From positions 126,502,912 through 126,540,830 of the forward strand of contig NC_068983.1 of the NCBI RefSeq assembly GCF_001194135.2: DNA of 37,919 nucleotides. Direction: 5' to 3'. Under the pieces are notes generated by a model. That model saw only the letters and a list, made by a program, of their open reading frames with translations, ran no database searches and was not told the origin of the DNA. The stretch is from Octopus bimaculoides (Eukaryota). Made by a program: the position numbers and the translations under genes. This document shows, piece by piece, positions 1-11,879 of the stretch; position 1 is the stretch's first letter, and each line of letters begins with the position of its first letter.

Positions 1-140
<140 letters not shown>

Positions 141-497
141 TGCTTTCTAATCGATATATTAGTACCGCCAGAGGAAAATGTTTCTCTAAAATAAACGGAG
201 AAACTTTTCAAATACAAAGATCTGGAAACAGAGATAAATCGTATGTGGAATCTAAAAACAGAAACAATTGCTATCATAGTCGACGCATAAGTTATGATAA
301 AAATATTCAGACAAATACATAATAAAACACCAGAACTAACAAGTATATATGACATACAACATATAACGTTACTAACCACCGCACAAATCCTATGTAAAAC
401 ACTTAGAAAATAAGAATACCACAACAAACTACAGCACATACCAAAGGGACACAGAGATATACTCGATAGTGCAGTAAAAGTACATGATAAAAATAAG
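141..497 (+). mobile_element. 5'-truncated R4/Dong-clade LINE, 3' end (restriction-like endonuclease C-terminus plus short 3' UTR), degenerate
   Basis: Frame from 141 reads CFLIDILVPPEENVSLK*TEKLFKYKDLETEINRMWNLKTETIAIIVDA, then after a frameshift KTPELTSIYDIQHITLLTTAQILCKTLRK*. This fits the PD-(D/E)xK-type REL endonuclease tail of R4/Dong elements. It abuts a (TAA)n tract, the known Dong target. Confidence 0.85.
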
Positions 498-509
498 AGT
501 ATTAACCCT

Positions 510-1030
510 AAACAGACAGATCCGTCCCCTAATGTCAACATTCAAACTCGTCATGCCTCAATGATACCAAAGCCAAATACAAACCAGATTAGGCGTCGAC
601 TAATCTGGTTTGCATTTCACGAAAAGATTAGAAAAGGAAACATTCCGACAAAAAGCCTTCTTGGCAAGAGCGTATTCAAGACCAAATTCAGCTACTTAGG
701 TCAGACAGTATATTTAAAATACCTTAAGTTTGACAAGACTATCAAACGAAAATCAATCCAAATATTAAAGAAGAAACATGATATGAAAACTATATTTGAC
801 ATTGAAACCACCACAGAAACCATCAAGTACATGGAATGAAAATCGTGCAAGATTTTTGAAAGATGAGAACATCTTCCAAAATAAACCAAATCATTTTTTA
901 TAGGAAGATAGGAAAATACCAGTTACAGTAAAGTCTGTCTTATGAAAGGAAGAAGTGCAGGAATTTTGGAATACAATTTGGGCAGAAGAAAGTAAACACA
1001 ATGAAAAAGCCCGTTGGAATGGTAGAACTT
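510..1030 (+). mobile_element. Probable R4/Dong-like LINE fragment from the region upstream of the RT domain
   Basis: 870-1030 reads QNKPNHFL*EDRKIPVTVKSVL*KEEVQEFWNTIWAEESKHNEKA, resembling the pre-RT 'FW..IW.....HN..A' motif of R4/Dong ORFs. It is preceded by the Lys-rich ORF 561-839. Confidence 0.55.
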
Positions 1031-1132
1031 TTGCTACAAAAAAAACCCCAAAAAAACCCCAGAAAAAAGAGTATTTTGTATTTTCGTATGTATTTCAATG
1101 ATGCATAATGCACGTATATAATGCTTCCATAG

Positions 1133-1458
1133 TTTTCAACACCCATAACTGTAGAAGTATAAGGCATAGCCTAGAAAATATTTTTAGTGATCTATCATAG
1201 AACATCTATATGAACAAAGATATCAGTGATTACCCACATCTCGTTTTTCGTGGAAAGAGGGCTCTCTTCAGACTCATTTTTAAGGATTCCACGTCACAAC
1301 TCTACCATTTGGGCTATCAACGCGTCAAGCTCGAGTTCCTTGTAAAGGGACGAAAACTATTTGAACCTTGCTGGATGTTACCGTACTGTTGCTTGGTTGT
1401 AAAGACACCCCCGTGATATTTTAAGTTTTAGCGCCCCAGTAATGTAGATCCGCCACTG
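1133..1458 (-). mobile_element. Solo terminal fragment of a hAT-like DNA transposon
   Basis: The reverse complement starts CAGTGGCGGATCTAC (hAT-type terminus) and aligns over about 300 bp with 22385-22706. Shared blocks include caaggttcaaa, caaggaac.cgagcttga, cccaaatggt, aaaaatgagtctgaa and tatgccttatactt...gttatgggtgttgaaaa. Confidence 0.75.
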
Positions 1459-1738
1459 CGCATACCCAATCTATGTATTTAACTGATCGCTGGTCAGCTG
1501 CTTATGAGGCGTTAGTGACGTCTCTCTAAAAGCGCCCGTTTTTGAAACACCTGAGAGAGTTAGGGTTAGCTCTTTTGCCTGACTATGAGTGACTTTTAGA
1601 GGTTTTAACACCGGATAGTGTCATCTGTAACACCTCAAATCGCATCCGACCAGCCGGCAAAAAAGGTGAACATATAGTGCGTATGTGTGTTCGATACATA
1701 TATGACATATGTGTATGTGTGTGTATACTCACAGAATG

Positions 1739-1741
<3 letters not shown>

Positions 1742-1773
<32 letters not shown>
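1742..1773. repeat. (TA)n microsatellite
   Basis: Direct reading. Confidence 0.95.
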
Positions 1774-1775
<2 letters not shown>

Positions 1776-1984
1776 AGAATAAGGGCAGGGAATCGTCAAT
1801 TAATAATAGAATTAATAATTAACAATTTTGCCAAGTAGTTCAGTATGAAAAAAACCTTTATCGGTAAGACCATTTATCATCATAAATATACAGGGATTAG
1901 CAATTGAGTTGCTTCTCCAACATACTGAAAATTTTGAAATAGCAGTCAAAGAACTACTGATTCTAAACTACAAATTTTTCTCTA

Positions 1985-2880
1985 NNNNNNNNNNNNNNNN
2001 NNNNNNNNNNNNNNNNNNNNNNNNNNNNNNNNNNNNNNNNNNNNNNNNNNNNNNNNNNNNNNNNNNNNNNNNNNNNNNNNNNNNNNNNNNNNNNNNNNNN
2101 NNNNNNNNNNNNNNNNNNNNNNNNNNNNNNNNNNNNNNNNNNNNNNNNNNNNNNNNNNNNNNNNNNNNNNNNNNNNNNNNNNNNNNNNNNNNNNNNNNNN
2201 NNNNNNNNNNNNNNNNNNNNNNNNNNNNNNNNNNNNNNNNNNNNNNNNNNNNNNNNNNNNNNNNNNNNNNNNNNNNNNNNNNNNNNNNNNNNNNNNNNNN
2301 NNNNNNNNNNNNNNNNNNNNNNNNNNNNNNNNNNNNNNNNNNNNNNNNNNNNNNNNNNNNNNNNNNNNNNNNNNNNNNNNNNNNNNNNNNNNNNNNNNNN
2401 NNNNNNNNNNNNNNNNNNNNNNNNNNNNNNNNNNNNNNNNNNNNNNNNNNNNNNNNNNNNNNNNNNNNNNNNNNNNNNNNNNNNNNNNNNNNNNNNNNNN
2501 NNNNNNNNNNNNNNNNNNNNNNNNNNNNNNNNNNNNNNNNNNNNNNNNNNNNNNNNNNNNNNNNNNNNNNNNNNNNNNNNNNNNNNNNNNNNNNNNNNNN
2601 NNNNNNNNNNNNNNNNNNNNNNNNNNNNNNNNNNNNNNNNNNNNNNNNNNNNNNNNNNNNNNNNNNNNNNNNNNNNNNNNNNNNNNNNNNNNNNNNNNNN
2701 NNNNNNNNNNNNNNNNNNNNNNNNNNNNNNNNNNNNNNNNNNNNNNNNNNNNNNNNNNNNNNNNNNNNNNNNNNNNNNNNNNNNNNNNNNNNNNNNNNNN
2801 NNNNNNNNNNNNNNNNNNNNNNNNNNNNNNNNNNNNNNNNNNNNNNNNNNNNNNNNNNNNNNNNNNNNNNNNNNNNNNNN
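1985..2880. other. Assembly gap (N run)
   Basis: N run; (TA)n on the right side. Confidence 1.
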
Positions 2881-5170
2881 TATATATATATATATATGTA
2901 CGTATGTATGTATATGTGTGTATGTATTTATACCCACAAACGCACATATCTATTTCTATTACATTTTATCTTCAAATATGCTTATCATTCTGTTGCTTAT
3001 TTTCCCTGCACCATTTCATTCGAATTTTTGTTTTGCTTATTTTGGCTTCTATAATTATTAACATCACCGCCTTTAAGAATTATCAGTATTATTATTATCA
3101 TCGCTACTATATATATTGTAAACACAAAAATAGCCTGATGGAAGAAACAGACAGAAGTGGTACAGAATTATTGATAATTCTGATAGTAATAATGTAGAAT
3201 ATATAAAAGTAAAGTTGGTAATGTTAATAATTATAAAAGTAAAAGAAAGGTGAAGAAAAATTAAAATGAAATGGTGTAGGGGATATAGGCAACAAAATGA
3301 TAAGCATATTAGAAGTTAATATGTAATACAAAAATTGAAGTACAAAATATGAGGATACAAATAAAAAGAACACATTCTTCTAGCACGTTGATATAGCACT
3401 TCAATAAAATGTGAAATGGAATTGATTCTCTCGGTGAGTAAGTTAAAGTTCAAATTTTTGAGTGGTGCTCTAGTTATAACCAGGAAGAAAACTGAGGAAA
3501 TGGATGGTTGCGATGTGGACTGGTAGCGGTATGGACTGGTAGCAGTGTGGACTGTGAACGGTGTAGATAATATGATGCAAAATAAAAGTCTGTTTTAAAA
3601 ATATGGAATGAATGAGAAATTAGACATGGTGAGGATAAGTTAGTAGAAAAATTCATTAAAATACGGTTGTTTGGACAACGTTAGTGGAAATGTGCAATGT
3701 TGAGTACAACGGAGAATGATTGAATAGAAATTATAAAATCAAGCATTATAAAATCAGGCACTATAAAATCAGAATGATAAGCATATTGGAAGATAAAATG
3801 TAATAGAAATAAATTATGGTCGTTAATAATGGTTGAATATGTTATGGGAAAAAAAAAACACGGTAAATGAAACCCTTCTCAGGTGTATATGTCAGCCTTG
3901 TAGGAATAATTGTAGTGAAGGTTCGGCTTGCAGTATAAAGGACATTTTGAAAATCGAAAGACGAACAGGAATTTCAAGATGAATATGTCGCTAGTTAAAG
4001 CTGTAATTGTGGGCAACTTGGAACGATAATTCTGTTTATCAAAGTAGAAATGAATTAAACGGGGAAATTACAATTACAAAGTGGAAAGTAGAATGAGGTG
4101 GAGGAATAGATGCAAAAATGCAGAATGAGAAGATAAAAGAAGAAAACATTCACATAAGTCATATATTATGATCAACTGGAATATATTATTTATTGCTGTG
4201 TTCCTAAGACAGAAACGTCGTCAGTTTGAAAGTAGGGTTTGATAAGGAAATTAAATTCCGCCTGTAGATCCTATTGAATACTGAAAATGAACTGTATTTT
4301 AATTGACATTCAAAGATTTACGTCTCCTTATCTTGAAATTGGGAGTGAATGTTCAAGAGAAGAGGAAATTAGAGACTTTGTAATAGCCGGTGGTTCGTTA
4401 TTATCTTGATTTCAATCTAAGCAGCGATGGCTGTTAAAGAGGCCTACATGACCATAACCGACAAATGTAGCAGAGGATGTCGCTTTGATATGAATACTAT
4501 CTTTTCTTTTTTTGCCCTTTTTTAAATCATTTTTGACTTGAAAATGTTGCAAAGACCTTTTGTTTCTGTCCATGTTTATTTTCTTCATTACCAACACACA
4601 CTAGTCACTGTCGTGGTCTGTTTCCTTGTTTTTTTTTATTTCTTTCGCTAGTCGTAAACCACACCCACAAATATAATGAAATTACGTGTTTGGTGAAAAA
4701 TAGTGAGTTTCCATAAGGTCAGTAAAGCTGGCTAATAAAATTTTAGTAATGCACTGGCGACGAAGCGTCCGCTAATGAGGCGGAACTACGAAAATATTTA
4801 AATACATTATTATTAACAGTAACTTTAAATGATGTCATATGAATATGAAACAATCTAACCTAATGATGGTGTGTGGTGTAGAAACATATGTTGCGATACA
4901 TTAAGAGCCTTATGGTAAAACGGTGTGAAAACACTCAGCTCGTTCGGTATCACTATCTCTTATGAATTCCAGACATTGATGTTTCGAGTTCTTTGACTCT
5001 TGTCAATGAGATATAAAAAAGGGATGCAAGTCTGAACGAATGTAATAAAGTCGTAACTTTATATATAAATCAGTCAACTCGTAGACTGATTTGCACTAGT
5101 AGATCGCCCGATCGTGGTAAACAACGAAGTCTTAACGCGAAGCAGCGTTTAGGTATGAACAGAAGTTAGG

Positions 5171-5504
5171 CACACGCGTTGTGTATTTGCCGGTAGATTG
5201 CGATTTGGTGAGTGGAGAATACTGTCTCAAAGTTCCTCATATTATGACACCTGAAAGTCCCAGAGAGATCCGATTCATGGACCGGCGAAATGATTCATCA
5301 CATTTCCTGTTCGGGTACCTGATTCTGATTTGCCTCATAAATGTCCAAACACGTATGCCTATTGTCCTACATGGGATTAGTGGTACGTTACCTTACCTGC
5401 CTATTGATTTCCGGTTGTAATAACACTCGGCTTTTGGGGAAAGTATTCTCCAAATCATCAAATCGCAATCTACTGCCAAGTACACATAGATTACACGCTA
5501 AGTG
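5171..5504. mobile_element. MITE with ~55-bp imperfect TIRs and CAC...GTG ends (CMC/Chapaev-like)
   Basis: 5180-5232 (tgtgtatttgccggtagattgcgatttggtgagtggagaatactgtctcaaag) is the imperfect reverse complement of 5431-5486. Flanks tagg/tatg match at 3 of 4 positions. The superfamily call is inference from the termini. Confidence 0.65.
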
Positions 5505-5600
5505 TATGTGATTGATAATGTTTATATAAATATATAACTGTAAGAACTTACTGTTGACAAAGGTTGTGTGGTGTTCTTTTGTATATAATCAAAAATACAC

Positions 5601-5829
5601 ATTAAGTACAGGACATCAGCAGCGAGTGAAAAATACGTAAACACACAGTGATATGTACAGGAAAAAATATTGAGATAAGTACCGGATAAAATGCCTAATT
5701 TTGTCCTGTGCTTATCTCTGTGTGTTTAGGTAGTTTTCACTTGTTGGTGATATCTTGCACTTTATGCTTTAACTGGTTTCACAGCTTACACTGATTTTGA
5801 AAATATTCAAATAGAAAGACGTGTCTTAT
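5601..5829. mobile_element. Hairpin-plus-tail repeat, copy 1 (non-autonomous element fragment)
   Basis: About 5605-5670 is an imperfect inverted repeat of about 5693-5759. The whole 229 bp aligns colinearly with 8776-9004. Confidence 0.75.
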
Positions 5830-6356
5830 GTCGCAGCTGTCTCGCTTGTGACTAGGGTTTGAAGCTTGCCCTATTTCTAACGGCAGTTCATCACTCAAAT
5901 TAATATACGTTTTGAATAGTACTATGGTCTCTAAACAGATTCCACTGAGTGGTCACAGAGATATATGTGAAAAGATAAATCTCCCTGATTCCAGGTCTTC
6001 CTACTCTACATATGTTCAGCGAATACCACTGATGAATCATGGATAAACAAGGAAGATGCTATCATACAAATGCACAAGCCAAGAATTAACAAACTTTAAC
6101 AGAGTACATACACAAATAACTATTCACAGAATGAAGTGCCTTGATTATAACTAAATATGTTCACTCAACAATGTCGGCCTTCTTTTTTTTTTTGGTGCCA
6201 AATATAATGTCATGTGACATTGACGCGCAAACGTAGCAGGAAACAAAAAAAGTTATAAACTACATCATATGTCATTCTCCGCAAACACTTGACAGAAATC
6301 ATTCAGAGCATTGATAGTTTGGAAATGTTCAGTCAAAAGTGTCAGCCTTAACTTAC

Positions 6357-6405
6357 GACGCTAAACATTGTCGCTTGATACTAACACACGGACGTAGCGG
6401 GGAAC
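6357..6405 (-). CDS. Candidate 49-nt internal exon (unverified)
   Basis: Minus strand: tttttgtag|GTTCCCCG...TTTAGCGTC|gtaagt. The only open frame reads xSPLRPCVSIKRQCLA. No homology recognised. Confidence 0.2.
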
Positions 6406-6817
6406 CTACAAAAATTTGTGAGACTTGTCATATGACTATCTGTTATAAATCGAATCCTATTCAGAACATATACTAATTTGAGCCATAAACTTTGTATAAA
6501 AATAGGGCAAGTTGTTTATATATATTCATAAAAAAAATATTTTACTTATCCTCAGTGTATCCTCCCATATTTCTACCCGTGTGCAATTAAATAACTTTGT
6601 TTCATGGATGTTTGCAATGTCCTGTACACAGATATGCACCTATACATACAGGTGGACGTCGGTACGCACATACCTGTACGTATATATGCATATACTCATT
6701 TACTATTTGTTTTTACATGACTGAACGCAGCGTCTCCAATTCGTAAGTAGTTTTCGTAAACTTATATTTTCCGACGCTACTCTATCTCTTTCTCTTTCTC
6801 TTCCTCTATCATTTTCC

Positions 6818-6928
6818 CCCTCTCGTTCTTCCTCTTTACTACTACGTATCTCGCTTTACCCCTCTCGTTCTTCCTCTGTTACTTCTACGTATCTCTTTTT
6901 CCCCCTCGTACTTCCTCTCTTCCTCTTT
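6818..6928. repeat. CT-rich minisatellite, ~42-bp unit, running into a gap
   Basis: Units start at 6818, 6860 and ~6901 (ccctctcgttcttcctct...tacgtatctc). Confidence 0.85.
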
Positions 6929-7751
6929 NNNNNNNNNNNNNNNNNNNNNNNNNNNNNNNNNNNNNNNNNNNNNNNNNNNNNNNNNNNNNNNNNNNNNNNN
7001 NNNNNNNNNNNNNNNNNNNNNNNNNNNNNNNNNNNNNNNNNNNNNNNNNNNNNNNNNNNNNNNNNNNNNNNNNNNNNNNNNNNNNNNNNNNNNNNNNNNN
7101 NNNNNNNNNNNNNNNNNNNNNNNNNNNNNNNNNNNNNNNNNNNNNNNNNNNNNNNNNNNNNNNNNNNNNNNNNNNNNNNNNNNNNNNNNNNNNNNNNNNN
7201 NNNNNNNNNNNNNNNNNNNNNNNNNNNNNNNNNNNNNNNNNNNNNNNNNNNNNNNNNNNNNNNNNNNNNNNNNNNNNNNNNNNNNNNNNNNNNNNNNNNN
7301 NNNNNNNNNNNNNNNNNNNNNNNNNNNNNNNNNNNNNNNNNNNNNNNNNNNNNNNNNNNNNNNNNNNNNNNNNNNNNNNNNNNNNNNNNNNNNNNNNNNN
7401 NNNNNNNNNNNNNNNNNNNNNNNNNNNNNNNNNNNNNNNNNNNNNNNNNNNNNNNNNNNNNNNNNNNNNNNNNNNNNNNNNNNNNNNNNNNNNNNNNNNN
7501 NNNNNNNNNNNNNNNNNNNNNNNNNNNNNNNNNNNNNNNNNNNNNNNNNNNNNNNNNNNNNNNNNNNNNNNNNNNNNNNNNNNNNNNNNNNNNNNNNNNN
7601 NNNNNNNNNNNNNNNNNNNNNNNNNNNNNNNNNNNNNNNNNNNNNNNNNNNNNNNNNNNNNNNNNNNNNNNNNNNNNNNNNNNNNNNNNNNNNNNNNNNN
7701 NNNNNNNNNNNNNNNNNNNNNNNNNNNNNNNNNNNNNNNNNNNNNNNNNNN
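6929..7751. other. Assembly gap (N run)
   Basis: N run between the CT minisatellite and (AT)n. Confidence 1.
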
Positions 7752-8775
7752 ATATATATATATATATATATATATATACTGGTGATGTAAACAGTTTAGC
7801 TGTGAAAGCAATGGTTTATGTTGGAAATTATTAATATTATAGTGTCAAGGCACAACGTATTAAAATAGCCATTAATGCTGAATTAATGGATATTAGAGAA
7901 TCATCTAATTTGTTTTGTTTTGTTCATGGAAAATTAAAATTGTCTCCTCTCCAACCATTGAATGATCTAAAATATATATGTCACATTGACATATACATTT
8001 ACTGACTCATTAAATAATAATTTTGCTATACATGTTATTAATTCAAAATTAAAATGTGATGTATTGACGTTATATTTTCTACACTTGTAGGTGGATATAC
8101 AAAAGGATTGGCGTTAGTTAAGTGCACTTCAACTTTATGTGAAGCCATTACGTAGTAATTCATCATTATATTAAGTCCTCTAAAGATCACGGGAGGTGAA
8201 CAACAAGATAGTGTATATCATACATTATAATGAATACTGTATAGATTATATACGTGGTTATTATATTTTTATTTCTTATGTGGAAGAAGGAAGTTTTAGA
8301 AATGACTTGGAAGATACCAGACAGACACAAGTACATACTTCCACACACACACACAGACAAACACACACGCAGACGCTTACGAACAAATATATATGTACAT
8401 ATATACATTGAGACAGAGAGAAAAAGAGAGAATAGGCGTAGCAACAGAATAAATGATAACATAGAGAAGTGCTCAAATGGATGGGAATATAGACTCGTAC
8501 TACTTCATCCGGGCCCAGCGATTTTGCGAGCAAGTTCGGCTGTAATAAGGATTTTATCTATATGTTATGATGTCAGTACGGTAGATGGACACAACTAAGC
8601 TTTAGACGTATATTAACATGGAACACAAAATATAGATTATAGTATAAGGCAAATAAAAATGAATTATGTAAATTCGTATCTCGGCGACTGTTTCAAGATG
8701 CCTATAACTTATAAATTAATACGTAAACACACGAGAGATAAAAACAAGACAAATACAAATATAAAATAATTACAT

Positions 8776-9004
8776 ATTAAGTACAAGATATCACAAACGA
8801 GTGAAAAATACGTAAACATACAGTGGTATGTACAGGAAAATATATAGTGATAAGTAGAAGATAACATGTCTAATTTTTTCCTGTGCTTATCTCTCTGTGT
8901 TTAGGTATTTCTCACTTTCTGGTGACATTCTGCAATTAATGCTTTAACCGGTTTCCCAGCTTACACTGATTTTCAAAATGTTCAAATAGAAAGACGTGGC
9001 TTAT
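8776..9004. mobile_element. Hairpin-plus-tail repeat, copy 2
   Basis: Direct-orientation homolog of 5601-5829, from attaagtaca to caaatagaaagacgtg.cttat. Confidence 0.75.
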
Positions 9005-9701
9005 TAATCATATTCATATGAAATATGTGGATCATGCCATATGTGTACGGTCATCAAAAAGTTCTGATTAAAACTGCTAAAGAAAATTAGGCTTCCCTAT
9101 TTAAGCGCAGAATAACAAATTTGAATTATGTAGTATTATTTAACTCTACAATATTTGTATTTGCGATTACATTTCTATGCATTTGTCTGTGTATATGCAT
9201 GTATTTTAATATACCTTATACGACCCATTAAAATATTATTTATGATTTACATTGAATGCTCGAATAGCACATATATTCTTTTGAGCTTGCTTAAAATTTA
9301 TGTTGTCCACTCCCTGACTTATAAAAGAGATGAAATTTACTCATCTCTCTATCTATCTTAGTCTATATATGTATTTGCCTATCGATATCTCAAAGGCAGT
9401 GTTTTGAATAAAAGTTTTAACTTCTCATTCCAGCTCTTAACGCAACACGCCATTCCTTACTGAAAAAAAAAATTATATCTTTCCATTCTCTCTTGTAAAA
9501 TGGTAGCCCATTTCTCTGTCCTGCGGCAAAAGCTGTAACCCTCAAAAAACCGCACGGGAATGTTTGAAACGGGTAATATATTATAAAAAGTATTTAATCA
9601 TTGTAGCAATTCTCTTATTGTGCATTTTTACCCAACGTTTTCATATGGTACAATCTGTAGAGATGTGCATCCACATACAAAAAACCCCTACCTTCCACAC
9701 A

Positions 9702-9702
<1 letters not shown>

Positions 9703-9746
<44 letters not shown>

Positions 9747-9828
9747 ACACACACACACAGAAACACACAAGTACACCTCCATACACTCAGATGCACATAT
9801 GTACATAGGTACAGACATAATATATACA

Positions 9829-9884
<56 letters not shown>
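9703..9884. repeat. Compound (CA)n / (TA)n / (TG)n microsatellite cluster
   Basis: Direct reading. Confidence 0.95.
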
Positions 9885-9885
<1 letters not shown>

Positions 9886-9908
9886 ATGAATGTGTATATA
9901 CTCATATA

Positions 9909-11243
9909 CAGGGTGCATAAAGTATTTGAGGACATACTTATTTTGGGTCATTGCTGCATTTTTTACTATCCCTGTATAATCTTTGTTTCAGGAAATAATA
10001 ATGGCAGAGCCTCAGCTTCCTCAAGAAAGGAAGAGGCATGCTGTTATTGTGGTTATAAATGCTGAGCATAGTGATTTAGAAATATCTCGAGTTTTAAAAG
10101 TTGCCAGAACTTTTGTCTACAGAGTTTGTACGGTGCCAGGGACTAAAGATGAAAATGTATCACTAGTATCAAAGCCTACAAAAGCATTCTAAATGCTCTG
10201 AAATCATCCAAACACCTGAATTTATCCATCAAGTTCAACACAACATTGTTTGCAGTCCCAGAAATTTCACGAAGCCAATTGCAAAAGATCTCCATGTTTC
10301 AGAAGGAACAGTTAGAAACGTCAACCAAGACATCAGATATATTTCTTAAATGATGATGAAAGGTCAATTTGTCAGAAAAAGCAAAAGGAAATCATTACAT
10401 CATATCTATAAAGCTCTTAAACAAACTGAAAAATTTAGCACATAGAAAGTTTATTTGGTTTCTCAAACGTCAAAATCTTCCAAACAGAAGAAATAACAGA
10501 TGGTTATGTGCAGACAATTTTGAAGTTCCGTGTGTTATGCATACAACATTTCGTGTAACTGTCATGGTTTTAGAGGCTATCAGCAATGAAGGAAATGCAA
10601 TGCCGCCTTGATTCTTTCTACAAGGCCGTAGAGTTAACTCTTCCGCCTACATTGAGATCCTGGAAATAAATATTAAGCCTTCGAGCGACAGTGTATGCAA
10701 TGGAAGGCGATATGCGTTTCAGTAAGACTGCCATATCACACATGGCACTAGTAACATAGGAATAGAAGGTTACACATTTTAATGATCACATAACACCTAG
10801 CATTTGGCCTCCTAATTCCCCAGATCTCAACCCATTGCACTATTAAACGTGGAGTGTTGTTGAGACACCCATAACACCAAAAACTCTCTGAAAGCTGTCA
10901 TTGACAGATAAATGTCCAAAATGAACCAGGAGAACTTGATTCGAGCATGTAGAAGATTTAGATCTCATACAGAAGCAGCTGTTGAAGCTGAAGGTGGTTT
11001 TATTGTTTTATTGAATCACATTATAAAAGCAGGATTTATTTTTTATCCTGAAGGGTACCTTTTGAGAAATAATGTTATGTTATTTATATGTTTTTTTTTT
11101 AAAGTTATTATTTGTAAATCTCACAACGAGAGATATTCAGCAACAGTACTTTGGAGATTTTTGCCAACGTATCATGGCAGTCCTAGTATAGGACGAATTT
11201 TTTTTAATAAATATAAATGTCTTCAAATATCTTGTGCACCTTG
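9909..11243 (+). mobile_element. Full-length but inactivated Tc1/mariner element, maT-like DD37D family
   Basis: 26-bp TIRs match at 21/26 (cagggtgcataaagtatttgaggaca / rc caaggtgcacaagatatttgaagaca), with TA on both sides. Transposase remnants: MAEPQLPQERKRHAVIV..., NRRNNRWLCAD, AFQ*D, WPPNSPDLNPLHY, LIRACRRFRSHTEAAVEAEGG. D2 (10726) to the third site (10838) is 112 nt versus 114 expected for D37D. Confidence 0.92.
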
Positions 11244-11279
11244 TATATAGTTAAATACATACAAATATGTGTATATATA

Positions 11280-11746
11280 NNNNNNNNNNNNNNNNNNNNN
11301 NNNNNNNNNNNNNNNNNNNNNNNNNNNNNNNNNNNNNNNNNNNNNNNNNNNNNNNNNNNNNNNNNNNNNNNNNNNNNNNNNNNNNNNNNNNNNNNNNNNN
11401 NNNNNNNNNNNNNNNNNNNNNNNNNNNNNNNNNNNNNNNNNNNNNNNNNNNNNNNNNNNNNNNNNNNNNNNNNNNNNNNNNNNNNNNNNNNNNNNNNNNN
11501 NNNNNNNNNNNNNNNNNNNNNNNNNNNNNNNNNNNNNNNNNNNNNNNNNNNNNNNNNNNNNNNNNNNNNNNNNNNNNNNNNNNNNNNNNNNNNNNNNNNN
11601 NNNNNNNNNNNNNNNNNNNNNNNNNNNNNNNNNNNNNNNNNNNNNNNNNNNNNNNNNNNNNNNNNNNNNNNNNNNNNNNNNNNNNNNNNNNNNNNNNNNN
11701 NNNNNNNNNNNNNNNNNNNNNNNNNNNNNNNNNNNNNNNNNNNNNN
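11280..11746. other. Assembly gap (N run)
   Basis: N run flanked by (TA)n. Confidence 1.
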
Positions 11747-11879
11747 ATATATATATATATATATATACATATACACACACACACGCATACACACAGGTAC
11801 ACACACATGCATGTATAGAGAATACACGTACGCACGTGAGACATTTCTAATTACTTGAAATTGAAATTTCATTAACTTT

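Noticed and set aside
1909-3054. Long ORFs in the track spanning N runs (also 6885-7811, 11204-11872, 19666-20643, 34100-34930)
   Set aside because: They are open only because N codons translate as X; the flanks are microsatellite translations.
4192-4228. Penelope-type minimal hammerhead ribozyme (gttcctaagacagaaacgtcgtcagtttg)
   Set aside because: The GAAAC...GTC half is present, but there is no CTGANGA core or matching stem I upstream. At best a dead remnant; the upstream GIY-YIG resemblance (3850-3950) is too weak.
6731-6742. 12-nt plus-strand microexon (cag|CGTCTCCAATTC|gtaagt)
   Set aside because: The donor is good but the acceptor is weak and there is no independent support; expected by chance.
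9540-9600. Helitron 3' end (ccgcacggg...acgggtaatata)
   Set aside because: No terminal CTRR and no convincing hairpin or 5' TC end.
9564-10065. ORFs rich in HT/VC/YI dipeptides (also 8187-8598, 16291-16485, 36143-36457)
   Set aside because: Translations of (CA)n, (TG)n and (TA)n repeats, not proteins.
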